Positions 13,400 to 27,436 are shown, counted from the stretch's first letter. The stretch is DNA of 64,000 bases from Eledone cirrhosa (GCA_964016885.1 OZ024742.1:355322001-355386000), one strand, 5' to 3'. Notes: generated from the letters alone by a model not told the origin. Numbers and translations: made by a program.

Positions 13400-13780
13400 G
13401 CATCATTTTTTAAATGTTTTACATATTTTTACTGTTCCATTAATGGATTGTACTTGTAATTTCCTAACAAATTGTGTTCTTTCTGTTCCTGTGAAGCCCA
13501 GCTTCTCAATATTTATATTGAGGCAGTTACTAACATACCAAAGTGCCCCAATAATCACAGGCATAAATCTGAAGGTGTAATAAGGGTGGAGTATCTGCAG
13601 ATTTTTAATTAGTCCTGCATAAATATTCTACTTTTCGCTAATCTTTGATATTATATTCGCATCTGCTGGGCATCTAACTTCCACTACTGTGCATGCCTTC
13701 TATTCCCTGTCCCATATCATAATATCTGGTCTCTTATGCCTGCATTTTATGGGAGTGTTTTACTGGAACATTCCACCAGT
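13400..13780 (-). pseudogene. RLE endonuclease C-terminal fragment of an R2-superfamily non-LTR element
   Basis: Minus strand reads HKRPDIMIWDRE*KACTVVEVRCPAD...K*NIY...FMPVIIGALW (PD..E/D-x-x-x-P and PVIIGALG-type motifs), with stops. Confidence 0.75.
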
Positions 13781-13899
13781 ACTCTTTCATATTATGTATA
13801 TGTATGTATTCCACATTGCAGTAGCTTTTAATGCGTGTATTATGTATGTATGTATGTATCTATGTATGTATATATGTAGGTATACATGGTATCCATTGG

Positions 13900-14250
13900 A
13901 AAATGTACGTGTGTGACATGAAATCCTCGAATGCAGTCGGACTACTCGTATAGTCTCTAATATTTCAGCATCGATTAAGATGGAGTGGTCATGTAGTGAG
14001 AATGGATGATAATCACATGCATAGATGGTTCAGGTATGGCGAGCTGGCTGAAGGTAAATGGCCGGGCACAAACGAAGATTAAGATGAGGGGTTTGCGTTA
14101 AAAGTACAGTTGATAAAATGAAAATATCTGAAGATAACTGGAAGAATCGTTCTCTAGATAGACTATCCCGAAGGAAGGCAGTGCATGTTGGGAGGGGAGA
14201 ATTTAAAAGAAACCATGTTGAACATTTACAGCTGAAGCTGTGTACTCAAA
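13900..14250 (+). pseudogene. RTE-clade LINE RT C-terminal remnant
   Basis: LRWSGHVVRMDDNHMHRWFRYGELAEGK (13975-14058) and ISEDNWKNRSLDRLSRRKAV match the RTE/BovB-type C-terminus. Confidence 0.75.
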
Positions 14251-15720
14251 TGTGCCTTGAGTGTGGGTTTCCTGAGTATCTTGGCATACGGGTTGATTTA
14301 ACCTGCAAAGAAGTTGGCCGATTATGTCTAAGTATGGCGGGCCCTGGAAGTAATTGGTGAAGCCACATACACGGGGAAACTGTCAATTGAGCATTGTATG
14401 ATATTTGTGTTAGTGAGGAGTGTGAAGAAGTGTGTGTCTCAGTTGGTGGACTAAAATGGTTTATGAAAGCTCACCAAAACACGTAGAACGAGAGGCCCTA
14501 ATCGTCGCAACAACTGTCCAACTGTAAGGGAGTCCCTTACAGGACTAAACACCCACGTCTGTGCTGCTCAGGCTTAAGAATGAAGTAACATCATTAGTCG
14601 AATTCGAGTTGCAGCCATCAAATATGTGTGTATGTATGTATGGACGAATGACTCCTGACTTCATCTTAGGCAATTTAAATTTATCACAGCTGACCTTCAC
14701 ACCAGTTCTGACCAAAACCAATTTCACCATGAGAAGAAGAAATAGAGGGGGTGAAGGGAAATAAAACGCAATACAGTGGAATAATCACTAGCAGTTAATC
14801 CAGTACATTATTTATCCGACTTAAAAGGATAAATGACAAAATCGACCTAGGAAGGATTTCACCTTAGACAACACACATCCGAGACAAATAATGCAAGTCA
14901 TTATATCCAACGTTACAAGGATTCCTCCAATTATCTGACCACAGTTGTCAATATGAAAATGCCAGAAAACATTGATTGCCAGCTTAATTATTTGTAAAAA
15001 TATTAAAATTTACTGAAGCGAAAACCAAACCATACAGTGAGTTTGTTTTAGGACAACATGATCCTCCACAAATATGATATTATTATGAAATTCAAGAAAG
15101 TTGATGTTTTGTTTTCCAGACACAAGAGAATGTTAATATAAGTAAACATTTGAGAAGCTGTTTCATTCCAATTATACTTCTTTTAAAAATGAAATGATGT
15201 TATTTCACAAGGGAGAATAGGGGAATATGTTCAAATTTCAATTGTAATAACGATGTTAAATCGGTAGTTCTTTCGTAGTAAAATATATACATTAATGCCA
15301 TTGACAAAACTTTATTTCCACCTCTGTTAATGGGTTAATGACCTTATGACACACTAGCATTCTATATATATATATAAACAGTGGCCTACAGGCATAGAAA
15401 CAGCATCAACATATTCTGCCCTAACCTGTATCACAAAACGAAACATTTTTGAGGAAAGTTTTGAATGTTTTTCAGAAGATTTTAAATAATTTGAAATTAT
15501 TCAAGTGATGCTGAAATGTGTTAAATGTCTTTTATCTTCCATCGAGTTCAGGCTAGATGAATTGGTAGAATAACAACTATCTAACTGTACTCCTCAGTGA
15601 AATATGCAGCATGGAAATATACACAACTTCATATACCCTTCCATCTAGTTAGTACAATATATATATATATATATATATTTATTTTGCGAGGTTTTTTATA
15701 TAAAATCGTGTGTCGAATAA

Positions 15721-15899
15721 ATATTGTTATGCTTGGGGAGGGTCATATTGTTGTAATATTTATATTTGAGGACCAAATGAATTAACTGTGGAGATATAAA
15801 AGATACAGAAGCGGAAACCAACCAGACAGTGAGTGTGTTCTGTTATTATTTCTGGCAATAATATTACAACAATATGGCCCTCCCCAAGTATAACAATAT
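15721..15899. mobile_element. Small MITE-like element with 40-bp terminal inverted repeats
   Basis: ATATTGTTATGCTTGGGGAGGGTCATATTGTTGTAATATT versus its reverse complement at 15860-15899 (2 mismatches). A related terminus occurs at ~30132. Confidence 0.65.
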
Positions 15900-15988
15900 A
15901 TATATATATATTTATTAAAATAACAGATTAAAGTTTAAAAAAAGAATCGCTGCTTTCACGCAAATTTATTATTATTACTCTCTCTCTA

Positions 15989-16043
<55 letters not shown>

Positions 16044-16172
16044 ATGTGTGTGTGCGTGTGTGTGTGTGGTTGTGTGTGTGGTTGTGTGTGTCTCTGTGAA
16101 AAAGGTAAACAGAAACGGTACAGTATTTGGAAGTCATATATTAGGTTAACGCGTGATATAGCAGGAAGAGGG

Positions 16173-16208
16173 TCTTAACATTTTGGACGCTAGTCCTTCA
16201 TCAGAAGA
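16173..16208 (-). ncRNA. Decayed minimal hammerhead motif (Penelope type)
   Basis: Minus strand TCTT-CTGATGA-AGGAC-TAGC-GTCC-AAAA-TG-TT-AAGA. Two CpG-type transitions from GTCCGAAACGTT would explain the broken core. Confidence 0.5.
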
Positions 16209-16411
16209 AAGAATCAGAAATAAAATAGATTGAGAGGACGGGGCGTGATGGAATTGAAAAAAATAACTTTGACCTCTCTTGCAAAACTGGTGGTGCTGGC
16301 GTTTTGTGTATGATTTGTTTTTTTAGGAAAGTGGATGATGGAGCGCGTCTACCAGAAATGGAAAAAAACGTTTTGTAAAAAGATACTTGAGCACATGCGT
16401 AAGCATGTGCT

Positions 16412-16449
<38 letters not shown>

Positions 16450-16623
16450 CATATATAACTCAGGGTAGAAACAGTTTAAAATATGTTAGACCATTACTAA
16501 ACAGACTATTCGATACATGGTGTCATTCCAGACTGGAGCAAGCTGTTGAAGTGGCAGCAGCTCAGCCCGAGTCTATAATATATATGAAATTATATGTATA
16601 TATATATATCATTATTATTATTA

Positions 16624-19600
16624 ATTTTTTTTTTTTTTATTTCTTTATTGTTTCTGAGATATATGCCGAGTGTCTTCCTGACACCTAGGGCAAATAAATT
16701 CACCGTTTGCATTGGTAAGCCAGTTAATACAGCATATTGATTATAATAAAAAAAATAAAATAAAAAAAATGTATACATATATACACATGTGCATATGTAT
16801 ATGTAAATACAAGGAGGGATATCAGTCTTACAGAGATAGTGCTCTTCTCAATACGTGTGCAGTACCAATCAAAACAATTTTGTACACCTCGTGCACAGAG
16901 GGTAGGCCAGGAATCATTCGCAAATATTGTTCTGTTCATTTCTTGATCATTCCCAGTCCTCCAATAATCACTGGTATTTCTCAATTTCAATAAGCAGATC
17001 TTTATATTTCCGTAGCCTGTCACATTCTTTTGCCGCGATATTGTGATCACATGGAATACTCATATCTATCAATAAACAGACATTGTTATGTTGATCCATT
17101 ACAATGATGTCAGGTCTATTTGCTTTTAGGGTCCTGTCAGTATGTCCTTGCCCATTTGCTTTTCACAGTGATTTTATGTGCCTAGCAGTATCAGTTGCAA
17201 CAGTTTCTTTAGTCTGTCCATCCTGGGTATCAAGCATGATATCAGTAGCATATGTTTTGCACTCCTTCAAGAAAGAAAGAAGCTTCTTACTTCTCTCATG
17301 ATTTTCAACAAGTTTCAGCATACAGTCGTTAATTGTTTCAAGGTATTTGGCCAGTCCAATGATGGTGGTCCTGTAAGCAAGTTCAAATTGGATCAGGCTA
17401 CGGCCTCTTTGAGTTCTAGGAAGGTAAAGACGATCCACATTTGCTTTTGGGTGGTGCATCCAATTACAGGTCAGTAGCTTACGGACTTTGGTGTTGATTC
17501 TTTGGATTTCACTCATATTCCAGTTCAACACACCGTAGATATAAGTGGCAACTGGCACTGCCAATGAATTTATGGCTAGCACCTTGTTACGAGCGTTTAG
17601 TTCTGATCTCAGAACTGCACGTACTCTCCTGTAACATTCATACTTGCATGCTGTATACCAGAGCCCTCATTAATCCCTAAGTATTTATAGGTTGTTCCTG
17701 CTCAAGTTCCTTTATGATTGTTTCAGCATCCAATTGAACTGTGTCTGAGTTGACAAGCTTCCCATTCTTGAAAGTGGCTTTTGCACACATGTCAAGTCCA
17801 AACTCCATCCTGGTATCATCGCTAAACGTTTTTACTGTCCGCAAAAGGCCTTTCAGTTCGTCATTATCTTTGCAATATAGCTTCAAATCATCCATATAAA
17901 ATAGGTGGCTTATTTTTCTGTTGTCAATTCTATAACCGTACCCTATTCTATTAAGTTCTATTAAGTTCGGATGTAAGGTTCTATTAAGTTCTATTAAGTT
18001 CGGATGTAAGGGGTATTAAAGCTATGCAGAAAAACAAGGGTGAAAGTGAGTCACCCTGGAATATACCAGAGTTGATGTTTATATTCCAAGAGCACAGTAC
18101 CCCAGTGGAATCAGGCAATTGGAGATGTGTGTTCCATAATGACATATTGTGTTTCAGGAAGTTTGAGCTCACAGGTGAGATGTTGAAGATGTCCAGTGGT
18201 TTCAGAATCCATGAGTGTGGTAGGCTGTCAAAGGCTTTTTTTATAATCGATCCATGCTGAACTGAGATTTCTGTGTTTATTATGACAGTTCTCAATGATC
18301 ATACGATTAATCAAATGTTGATCTTTGCAACCATATGAACCTCGTCGGCACCCTTTATGTTCAATGGGGAAAATATTGTTCTCCTCAAAAATCACATATG
18401 CTTTTTCCATGAGAATAGAGGTTAATAGTTTATAAGTGGTGGACAACCATGTTATGGGCCGATAGTTTTTTTGGATCTTTGGTTTCGTTGTTCTTTGGTA
18501 GAAAGTAGGTAATGCCACTTGCTATCCAATCAGGTGTATTTTTTGGATATTTCATAATTCCATTAAACAGTTTGACCAATATATTTTGAGTGTACGGGAG
18601 TGAGGAACGCCAGAAATTTGGCACCCTGTCTCTACCAGGAGATTTCCATTTATGAGATTTATTGAGTGCTGTCCTTAACTCCGCTATAGAGATGTGTTCC
18701 CACGCCTGTTTTTCTAAATTTGTGTAGGAATTTTCCAGGCGACTAATCCAATCTACATTAGCATTATATGTCTTCTCATCACTCCAAATCTTACTCCAGA
18801 AGTTTTCAACTACTTCTATGGACGGGAGTGGGGGATGGGGCTTTAAAAATAATGTTTTTCTTCCCTGCTTCTCTACAAAATGACATTGGATGAGAACAAC
18901 TTATTTTGCCTGTAGATGTTGTTTCGCTTCTCGAATCTACGAATTCGTTGGGGTTTTACTTGGACTTTTTGTTTAAGAGATTATTTTCTTAAAACTATTG
19001 CTTCTCTAGAAGACAGTCCATATTTTATCTTTAGCTTTCTTACCTTCTTGGATTTTATATCATTTCCAGCGGTTAACTCACACAATAAAGATATTTCTCC
19101 TCTCATTACGCCAATCTCCTTTTCGATTCTAGTCCTCCAAATTGGTTTACCTGGAAGGTTTGATATTTTGTTGCATAAATGATTTCATTTAACTCAGTAA
19201 GATCAGGTTCTAGTTCTTCTATGATTTCTTTTGTCACAGAATTACAAATCATTATTTGTTTTCAAATCCCGTCGAGGTTAACTTTGCTTTTCATCCTTAC
19301 GGGGTCGATAAAATAAAGTACCAGTAATGTACAGGGTAATTACTGGCCTTGTGCCAAAAGTAGAAACAATTATTTGTTTTCTATTTTGTATTGTGTTTGG
19401 GAGTTTTTGAAGTGGTTCTCTATCATTTGTACTAGAAAGTCTTACTACTGGAAGCTCATTCAGTATTTTTTTATTTAATTCCTTCATAGTCTCCCTGTCC
19501 TCTTCAGCAGATGTTTGGTTTGCAATTACTGTTTCCAGTCCCTCTCGTGGCTATTTTCAGCGGGTTAAATAGGGCTGACCATTTCGACAAACCTATTTGT

Positions 19601-20236
19601 GATTTGGTCAGATGGAGGTCTTTCAGTAAAGTCTTTTGCCTGGTTACTATCTCCATGAGATTCTTCAGTTCTTTCATCATTTATATGTATGTCATTTTCC
19701 ACAGCCTGCTTGATCGCAGTTAGTTCTGTGTCTGTGAGTCTATTATTTCTGAAGATAAACCTCCTTACATTTGCCAACTTATTTCCATCCACGTCTGCTA
19801 GCTTGATTCCGAGTTTTCCAGATTCTGTAAGAGTTTAAATTGTTTCTGTCTTGTGATGGCTTATCTAATGCATAGTAATATGCATATATTACTTCTTTAT
19901 AATCTTCTCTGCTCCATTTCATCCTTTTAGGTTTTTCCTTTTGAGGTGGTTTGGGTGGTGCAACTGGAGGGTTCGAGTTGGGGCAATCCCCGATCAAGTG
20001 AAAATTCAGGTCCATAATTGTAGAAGAGTTTGTGCCAGAGGAGGAATTTTCGATCTCAGGTTGGCACCTTCCGGAGGGACGCGCTTTCTGATTAACCATA
20101 GGACAACCGATTTGGTATTGTGTATTAATTTTTATTTGTTCATCTCGCAGTACATGCTTGCGTTAAGCATGGTATTGGACGAACATGGAAAGTTGCCCGT
20201 CTCTTTGGGTAGTGCAATTGCTGGCTGGCACTGAGA
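16624..20236 (-). mobile_element. R4/Dong-like RT+RLE retrotransposon, family A, near full length, decayed (ORF remnant ~16828-20099)
   Basis: N-terminal KRMKWSREDYKEVIYAYY; RT motifs [21 protein letters not shown]; RLE NRPDIIV and terminal GTAHVLRRALSL*. CCHC region deleted. ATT-rich flanks. Confidence 0.9.
19260..19370 (+). mobile_element. 5'-truncated SINE inserted into Dong-like family A
   Basis: TTCAAATCCC...TTTCATCCTTACGGGGTCGATAAAATAAAGTACC...GGCCTTGTGCCAAAAGTAGAAACAA. Confidence 0.85.
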
Positions 20237-20249
20237 TCATTATTACTAT

Positions 20250-20506
20250 TCTAACAGTATAGTTATGTCATTGCTGTTGTTGATTGAGGTGTGCTCTGGA
20301 AGCGTCGAGTCCTACAGGATTGGTGGGGTAACTAGGAGAACCATAGGTGGCCATCCCCCCTATTGGGGAATTTTTCTTGTTGTATTTTTCTTGTTACTTT
20401 GTTATTGTTATTCATATTGTTTACTCGATTTTTCTGTAAAACCCCACTGTCCCAGTCTTTTGTATTGTCCCCTATATGTCGGCCCTTGTAGCCAATAAAT
20501 GAAATC
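20250..20506 (+). mobile_element. 3'-UTR fragment of a related Tx1-like element
   Basis: CCCTATTGGGGAATTTTTC...CCCTTGTAGCCAATAAATGAAATC-(ATT)n parallels the 3' UTRs at 26100-26356 and 57486-57734. Confidence 0.65.
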
Positions 20507-20518
20507 ATTATTATTATT

Positions 20519-23500
20519 GGCGACCTATCTAGGAAATCGTATTATCCTCAGCTCCGCAAAGGTTTGTTTTCAGTTGTTTCAAAATACCAGTTATGGAATA
20601 TTTTTGTTGTTAAGTGTTTATAAGTTCACATATATTGCTTTCTGAAAAGTTACAAACAAATATTGGGGCTTTGAGCCCAAAGCTTAAACTTTTTATTTAG
20701 CAAACAATATATTTCTTTGAAAAAAAAACATAGACGACAAATTTAACGTGTCTAACAGACCCCCCCCCCACCACCACCACCAACACCATTGTAAGCCTTG
20801 CTACAGTTCCCAACACTGAAAATATAATTAATAGCAGTCTGAGTTATTTAGAATTGTCGCATAAAGACATGGATTTCCCGCCATTACCAATAACTGCAGG
20901 TGTTCAAGCCGCCACCCCTCCACCGGAATGTCAAAAAGAAGAACCAACATCACTGATACCAGCACCATCACCAGCACCACCACCACCGCAGCGACAACCG
21001 AAACCCCAAAAAAATAATTGAAAATAAATAAACTAAAAATAACAATAACAACAACAGCAACAACAACAACAATGAGAATAACAACATCAACACCATCGCA
21101 AATAAAAATGTGAAGTTTGCTAAAGCAGGCAAGAAAAGCGAAACAATCGAGGTAAGCCAGGATGAATTAAATGAAGCCAAGAGAATGGTAAAAAAAGATG
21201 GTTTCAGGGTCAGAAACACACCTAATAAAATGGAGCATCGGCGCCTATGCACCGTGTCTTATCGGGCGATAAACACACAATCGGGCCGAGTGGAACAGGC
21301 ATCCGAGTCCCAAATATAAAACGCTTTGGTACATGTGTGGGCTAAAAAAAACCACATCAGACGTGGGCAGAAATATGGAACCGTGGACGTGTTCTTTGGA
21401 ACACCACAGGAAGCCAGAGAGTACTCCATGACCCAATTAAGGAGCAACGACTTCTCACTAGTCCCAGTCTATTGTGGTCAGAGACTGGTGAAGATCAGCG
21501 TGACCCACGTTCCACCGGCCATCGAAATCCCTGGCTAATGGCTGCCGTTCTCGCCGGCATCGAGGCCAACACGAAAATAATTGAAATAACAAAAGAAAAG
21601 CAGGAGAACTGGTCCGGATCTGGGATGGAGCTCATGATCCAATCGGACCAAAAAAGCATTGAGGAAAATTCAGAGGTGATACACCTCACTGACGGCAGCC
21701 ACCGCCCCGTAATCGTTGAGGGTAGAAGGCCTAGGTGTGTCGTTTGTGGTGAAGGAACCCACCTAAAGGCGTTCTGCCATCAGGCTAAAATGTTGAGGCC
21801 ATCTCTCTTACGCACCCCATGACTCAACCATCAACACCACCAGCAGCAGAAATGGCAGAAACAAATGTAACAGCAACAACAGAAGCACTGTAGCAGAAAC
21901 AACACCAGCAGCACTAGCAAGATCAACACCACCACCACGCACCGGGCCAGAACTAGCAACGGCGACTCCACCATCCACCACGCCAAAACCAATACCTACG
22001 CCTATGGAGGATTTTCCACTCCCCGACCTATCGCAACTGGAGACAGATTGTGACGACGAGGAGTGGGAAACTGTATCAGGAAAAAAAGAAAAAATGAAAA
22101 AGAACCCCAAAAAGAAAAAAATCCTCTTCCTCCCGCTTCTAAAAACAAAATACAGGGGGAAACAAATAAACTAACAAACAAAAAAGTTAGGAGAGTTTGC
22201 CACCTTCCACACCAGCATCACCCACCTCAGCACCACAAACACCAACCCCATCACCATCATTAAAACCAACACCACCATCACCAACACCACAAAGGTCACG
22301 AAAAAGCGCAACAGAAACAAACCCCAAAACGCAAACAAAAAAAACAACCAAAACGATACACACTATACAGCATTAAATTTGAACAACAACCAATTATTAC
22401 ACTACATCCAAAACAACACCAGCATCACAGAAAAATACTACACACCATCCCAAAAATTCACACCACCTCCACACATACAAATCACTCGCATCACAGAAAA
22501 CGTACACGACACTAAAACAAAAATTCCCCAAGGACATCGGAGACATTCTATAAGCACTCTCCAGGAGGATTTATAAGGACAATCTTTCGGAGGAGGCCAC
22601 AAGCAGTGAGAAGGATGGAGAAACCATCCTTCCTCTACGAGAAGTAAGGGAAGTCGTCTTTCCCATCTTTGCCACTCCTTTTGAACATGACCTCACTCAG
22701 AATAAGTAGCATAAATGCGCGTGGTTTGGTGTCGTCATAGAAACAGGGCCACCTGCTGAACGACCTCAGGTCACTAAACATAGATGTGGTAGCCATCAGC
22801 GAGACCAGAATCTCCGAGGCACGGGCTTTTGCACCGATCTTTGGCCGCTACGATGTGTACGCATCACCCAGCCGCCCTGGATCAGGGGAAGGAGATGCTG
22901 TGCTTTTTCGGAGAGGTTGGACCTCGCCATACGGGCCATCTTCCTGGACGCAGAAGGTAAGTTGGTGCTCCTGGACGTGACCAGTGGAGACGGGCAAGCG
23001 TTCAGGCTAGTGGCTGTCTATGCCCCGACAGGAGCAGGGCAGCCTGATTTCTTCCGGCGTCTTCAGATCTTTCTTGGAACGTCCCGCTCTTTAGTGTTAG
23101 TGGGCAACTGGAACTGGATTTTAGATGCACGCTGGGAGAGTGTGGGTTTAGCGGATAGGGGAGGAGAGTGCAAGAGCCTCGCCAACATGCTCAGGGGTTT
23201 TGAACTGTCTGAGAGGAACCGATTGGATTTCCCGAATGTGCCAATGTGGATTTGGACAAACCGTATCGGGTCATCCAGATCATATCTAGATGGAGTATTT
23301 TGTAGGGAAATAGATATGTCTAGCATAGGATGTCCACAATTCAAGATAGTCAGCTACACGGACCACAAATTCGTGATATGTGTGGTTGACTTAGATAGGC
23401 TTCATGAAATTGGACTCGGCTACTGGAAGCTAAACGCGTCCTTACCAGCGCGCAAGGCCTACAGAGACCGGATAAGCAAACTAGTTAAGCGGGCGTTGAC

Positions 23501-26356
23501 GGGGGCCATCGTCAACAACAAGAGGTGGTTTGCTCTAAAAAGAGCGATTAGAATAGAGTTCATTAGGTTTAGTAAGGATATAGCAATAGAGAAAACATAG
23601 AGCAGAGGGAGAACTATTTAGAAAAATAGACGAGGCGCTTAGCAAAGGCATCGCGACCGACGTACTTGCGGCGAAATTGGCCCTTGACCAATTCTTCAAT
23701 GCAAAGTACGAAGACTGCGTTGTCAGAGCTAGGGAGCGTGCTCTCAGACACGAGGGGACGAAAGCCGTTCAATGAGCCCGAGTGGCAAGGCGCGTCGTGG
23801 CAACAAAGCCTCGATCCGGTCATTGGTGGACCACGACGAGCGCATGCTACACGATCCCGTGCAAATGTGTGAAGCTTTCCAGCGACATTTCGCACAGCTG
23901 TTCGGCGGCAGCGGCGGGCCGGATCGAGGGATGGACTTTAGTGTCTACCTCGACGTACTGCCGCGGCTCTCGGCCACTGAGGCGGAGTGTTGCGAAAAGC
24001 CGTTTACAGACGCTGAAGTACGGGAGGAAATGACTGGCTGCACAATAGGTAAATCGCCTGGTTTGGATAGTCTGCTCTATTAACTTTACGTACATATGGC
24101 AGACTTGTTCAGAGGCCTCTTGGCGGACGTCAACTGCAACTGGCAACAGAACGGGAGAATTCCCAGCTCTGTCAGCCGAGGAGCTGGGGGGCTGCTGAGA
24201 AAGGATCCGAACCAGGGGGATAACATAGATAATTTCAGGCCCATAACTCTGCTAAACACAGAGTTCAAGATTGTTGCCAAGGTGCTAGCAAAGAGTTTGG
24301 CGCTTGTCGTTGGTGGTCTGGTTTGGAGAGGCGCAGATCTGCCCCATTTCCGACAGATCCATCAGGACAATCTCCACCTCATGAGATATATCGTGGTGAG
24401 GGTAGCTAGGGAACCTGGCACGGGTGGGTCCTTGATCAATTTAGATCAGTCGAAAGCTTTCGATAGGGTTGACCATCGTTATCTGGCGGCTGTCTTGACA
24501 GCGGCTGATTTCGGGCCCGTCTTCAGAGACTGGATTGCTGCCATGCACAACGACATTCTGCTCTGTGGTGATAGTGAACGGTCACCTTTCGGAACCGTTC
24601 AACATAATGCGCTCGGTCCGCCAAGGATTTCCGCTCTCGTCCCTCTTGTACGTATTGACTCTCGAGCCATTATTGCACAAACTGGAGACGTTGAAGGGGA
24701 TCCCGCGCGCACTAGGATGCGGAAGATCCGTGTCAGCACATGCGGACGATGTCACCGTAGTGGTGTCGAGCGCCAAACACATCGAGGCGAACGGCACTAC
24801 ACTAACAGAATACGAAGCGGTGCCAGGGGCAATGATCAACCAGGAATAGTCAGTGGTCTTGCAGCTCGGCACCTGGAGAGGCAGGTCCATGCCGTCCAAC
24901 AGCGACATCGATCGCTGGACAGAAGGATCGATTAAATTGCTAGGGGTCTGGTTCGGTCATGACCTCCAGACGGACAAAAACTGGGACGAGGTGACGAGCA
25001 TGGTGGGTTCTCTCACCCAGAAATGGGCGGAGAGGAAGCTATCCCTGAAAGGCCGAGCGGAGATGGCTAACGCGTACATCGCGTCCGTCATCTACTACCT
25101 CCTGACCGTCGTACCTTGTCCTAAGCCCCGCCTGGCTGCGCTGGAGCGTTTGTTCTTTCGCCTTTTGTGGAAGGGACGCGCTCCGATGGTCAGGTGGTCC
25201 ATCTGTTGTCAACACCCGCTATGTGGAGGGCTGGGCATGCCGTGGCTGATGATGCGCAGGTACGCGCTCAGGCTACGACATCTCCACCTCTTCCTCGACG
25301 GTGATCAGGTGTGGTCGCCGTTTGCTAGACACGTATTTCCCCAGCTCGTTTCCTTGACGGAGCTGCAGTCCTGGGTCAAGCGAAGACCGAGAGGGAGTGG
25401 CTGGAGACTGGAATGTCTTCAGGCGCTCACAGCCCTCGACCAATCGGGCAATGTGATCGGTGGAAACTCCAGCTCGGCGTTCTATAGAGGATTAGTGGAG
25501 GGGAAGAGCGACGACGTACTTGGGGAAAAACTAGGCGTCGACGAAAATCAACTAGCCAATCTCTTCGGAAGAACTTTCGGGCCAGGGCCCATGGACAACT
25601 TCCAGAAATATCTGGCCTGGCAGTGCTACCGAGGAGCCTTGCCAGTTCGGGATAAACTCTACAGGCATGGAGGTGCCGTCAGCCGGGCATGTCCGAGATG
25701 CGGGCAGGGCGACGAAACCGTCCTGCACGCACTCGTCCAGTGTCTGAAAATTGCTGACTTGTGGGTTTATGTCGAACACCTGCTGTCGCGTTTAGGACGG
25801 ATCCGGCTATCATCTGAGTCCATCATGAGGATTGCCCCGCCCTCCTCCTTTAGCCGGGAAGGGCAGGCAGTTTTTATCTGTCTGGTGGCCATGGCGAAAG
25901 AGATAGTATGGTGGACACGTTTGAAATGGCTGAAGACGAGCACTTACCTCTTCGGTGATGCTCTGATTGACTATTTCAAATTTCATTTGAAAAGGAAAAT
26001 CAGAGTAGAGAGGGAAGTGCTCTCTTCCCACCATTTCGTTGAAAGATGGGTGAGAGAAACAAGAATGGCCCGAGTGAATGAGCCTACTCTGAGTATATAT
26101 CTGTAAATTAAAGGTGGAAAACTGGGAGAGCGCACTTGCCTTGGTGGTCAGGGTCATTGTGGCCTTTTACTGGGCTTTCTCCACAAATGTCCCTCCGAAG
26201 TCTCCACCCTATTGGGGAATGTTTCATTGTTATTTTTTGTTACATCCTCTGTTTTTGTTTTTTACACGCAGAAATGCCCATTTGTACTGTCCTGTATTGT
26301 CCTGCATTGTCCTTACTGTCTACTTTATGTAAACCCTTGTGGTTAATAACGTAATC
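20519..26356 (+). mobile_element. Tx1/L1-group non-LTR retrotransposon, copy 1, full length, frameshifted
   Basis: Starts GGCGACCTA after (ATT)n. ORF1 remnant with CCHC knuckle CVVCGEGTHLKAFC. ORF2 APE (VAISET, YAP, TDH), RT (FRPITLLN, DQSKAFD, HADD) and C-terminal CPRC..H..C. Ends TAATC-(ATT)n. Confidence 0.92.
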
Positions 26357-26368
26357 ATTATTATTATA

Positions 26369-26551
26369 GGCGCGGATTGGCAGTATCGGTAGAGGGTCTG
26401 ACGCCATGCTTTCCAGCATAGTTACGTCCCTTTGCGATCTGAGTTCAAATCCCGCCGAGGTTGACTTTGCCTTTCATCCTTACGGGGTCGATAAAATAAA
26501 GTACCAGTAATGCACTGGGTAATTGCTGGCCTTGTGCCTAAAGTAGAAACA

Positions 26552-26583
<32 letters not shown>

Positions 26584-27435
26584 ATGTCGGTGGATTGACA
26601 GTATCGCTAGAGCGTCTGACGCCATGCTTTACAGCAAAGAGAAACGGCCCTTTGTGGTCTGAGTTCAAATCCTGCCGAGGTTTACTTTACCTTTCATCCT
26701 TACGGGTTCCACAAATTAAAGCACCATTAATACACTGCGATAATTGCTGGCCTTGTGCCAAAAGTAGAAACAACTATTATACGCAAACAGAAACCCACGT
26801 ACCGGCTGCCCCATGGCCCGGTGAAAAGAATAGATAAGGCGTTTTCCCGGAGGATGGTGAGGGAGACACGTTGGAATAAACTGTGTCTGGCATATGGAAT
26901 CTTCATTACATACGTTACATATACCAAAATTGTCCCAATTTAAGTATATGTATAAATATGTATCAGGATGGGTTTAGTTTGAAGCTTGTTAAAACATTAC
27001 TCAATGGATGTCTTGAGTATTTTTATATTATGCTGTAGAGTATTATTATATTATAAAGTGCCAGGATCCATCTGTGGAGCCCATGCCCTTTCAACAGGTA
27101 GTTCCTGACGTCTGGAACTAGCTGTTGATACGACAAGAGCTCCATCGTCGGGTCCCGACTACTTTTAATATATAAATTATAAATATACTTGTATAATTGC
27201 TGGCTTTGTGCCAAACGTAGAAACAATTATTATTATTATTAAAAAGATAAAAATAATAATGTTTCTACTATTGGCACAAGGCCAACAATTACCTCAGTAC
27301 ATCACTGGTACTTTGTTTTATCGACCCCGTAAGGATGAAAGGCAAAGCTAACCTCGACGGGATTTGAACTGAGAACGTAAAGAGCCATAACGCTATGCCG
27401 CAAAGCATATTATCTGACGCCCTACCGATACTGCC

Positions 27436-27436
<1 letters not shown>
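26369..27436. mobile_element. SINE cluster: 26369-26552(+), 26588-26777(+), duplicated tail ~27194-27227, 27261-27436(-), separated by (ATT)n
   Basis: A-box TGGCAGTATCGG, B-box GAGTTCAAATCC, core and (ATT)n tails. Confidence 0.85.

Noticed and set aside
17945-18011. 33-bp tandem duplication inside the Dong-A RT, and a ~43-bp duplication at ~31390-31470
   Set aside because: Ordinary local slippage in decayed sequence; no spacers, so not CRISPR-like.
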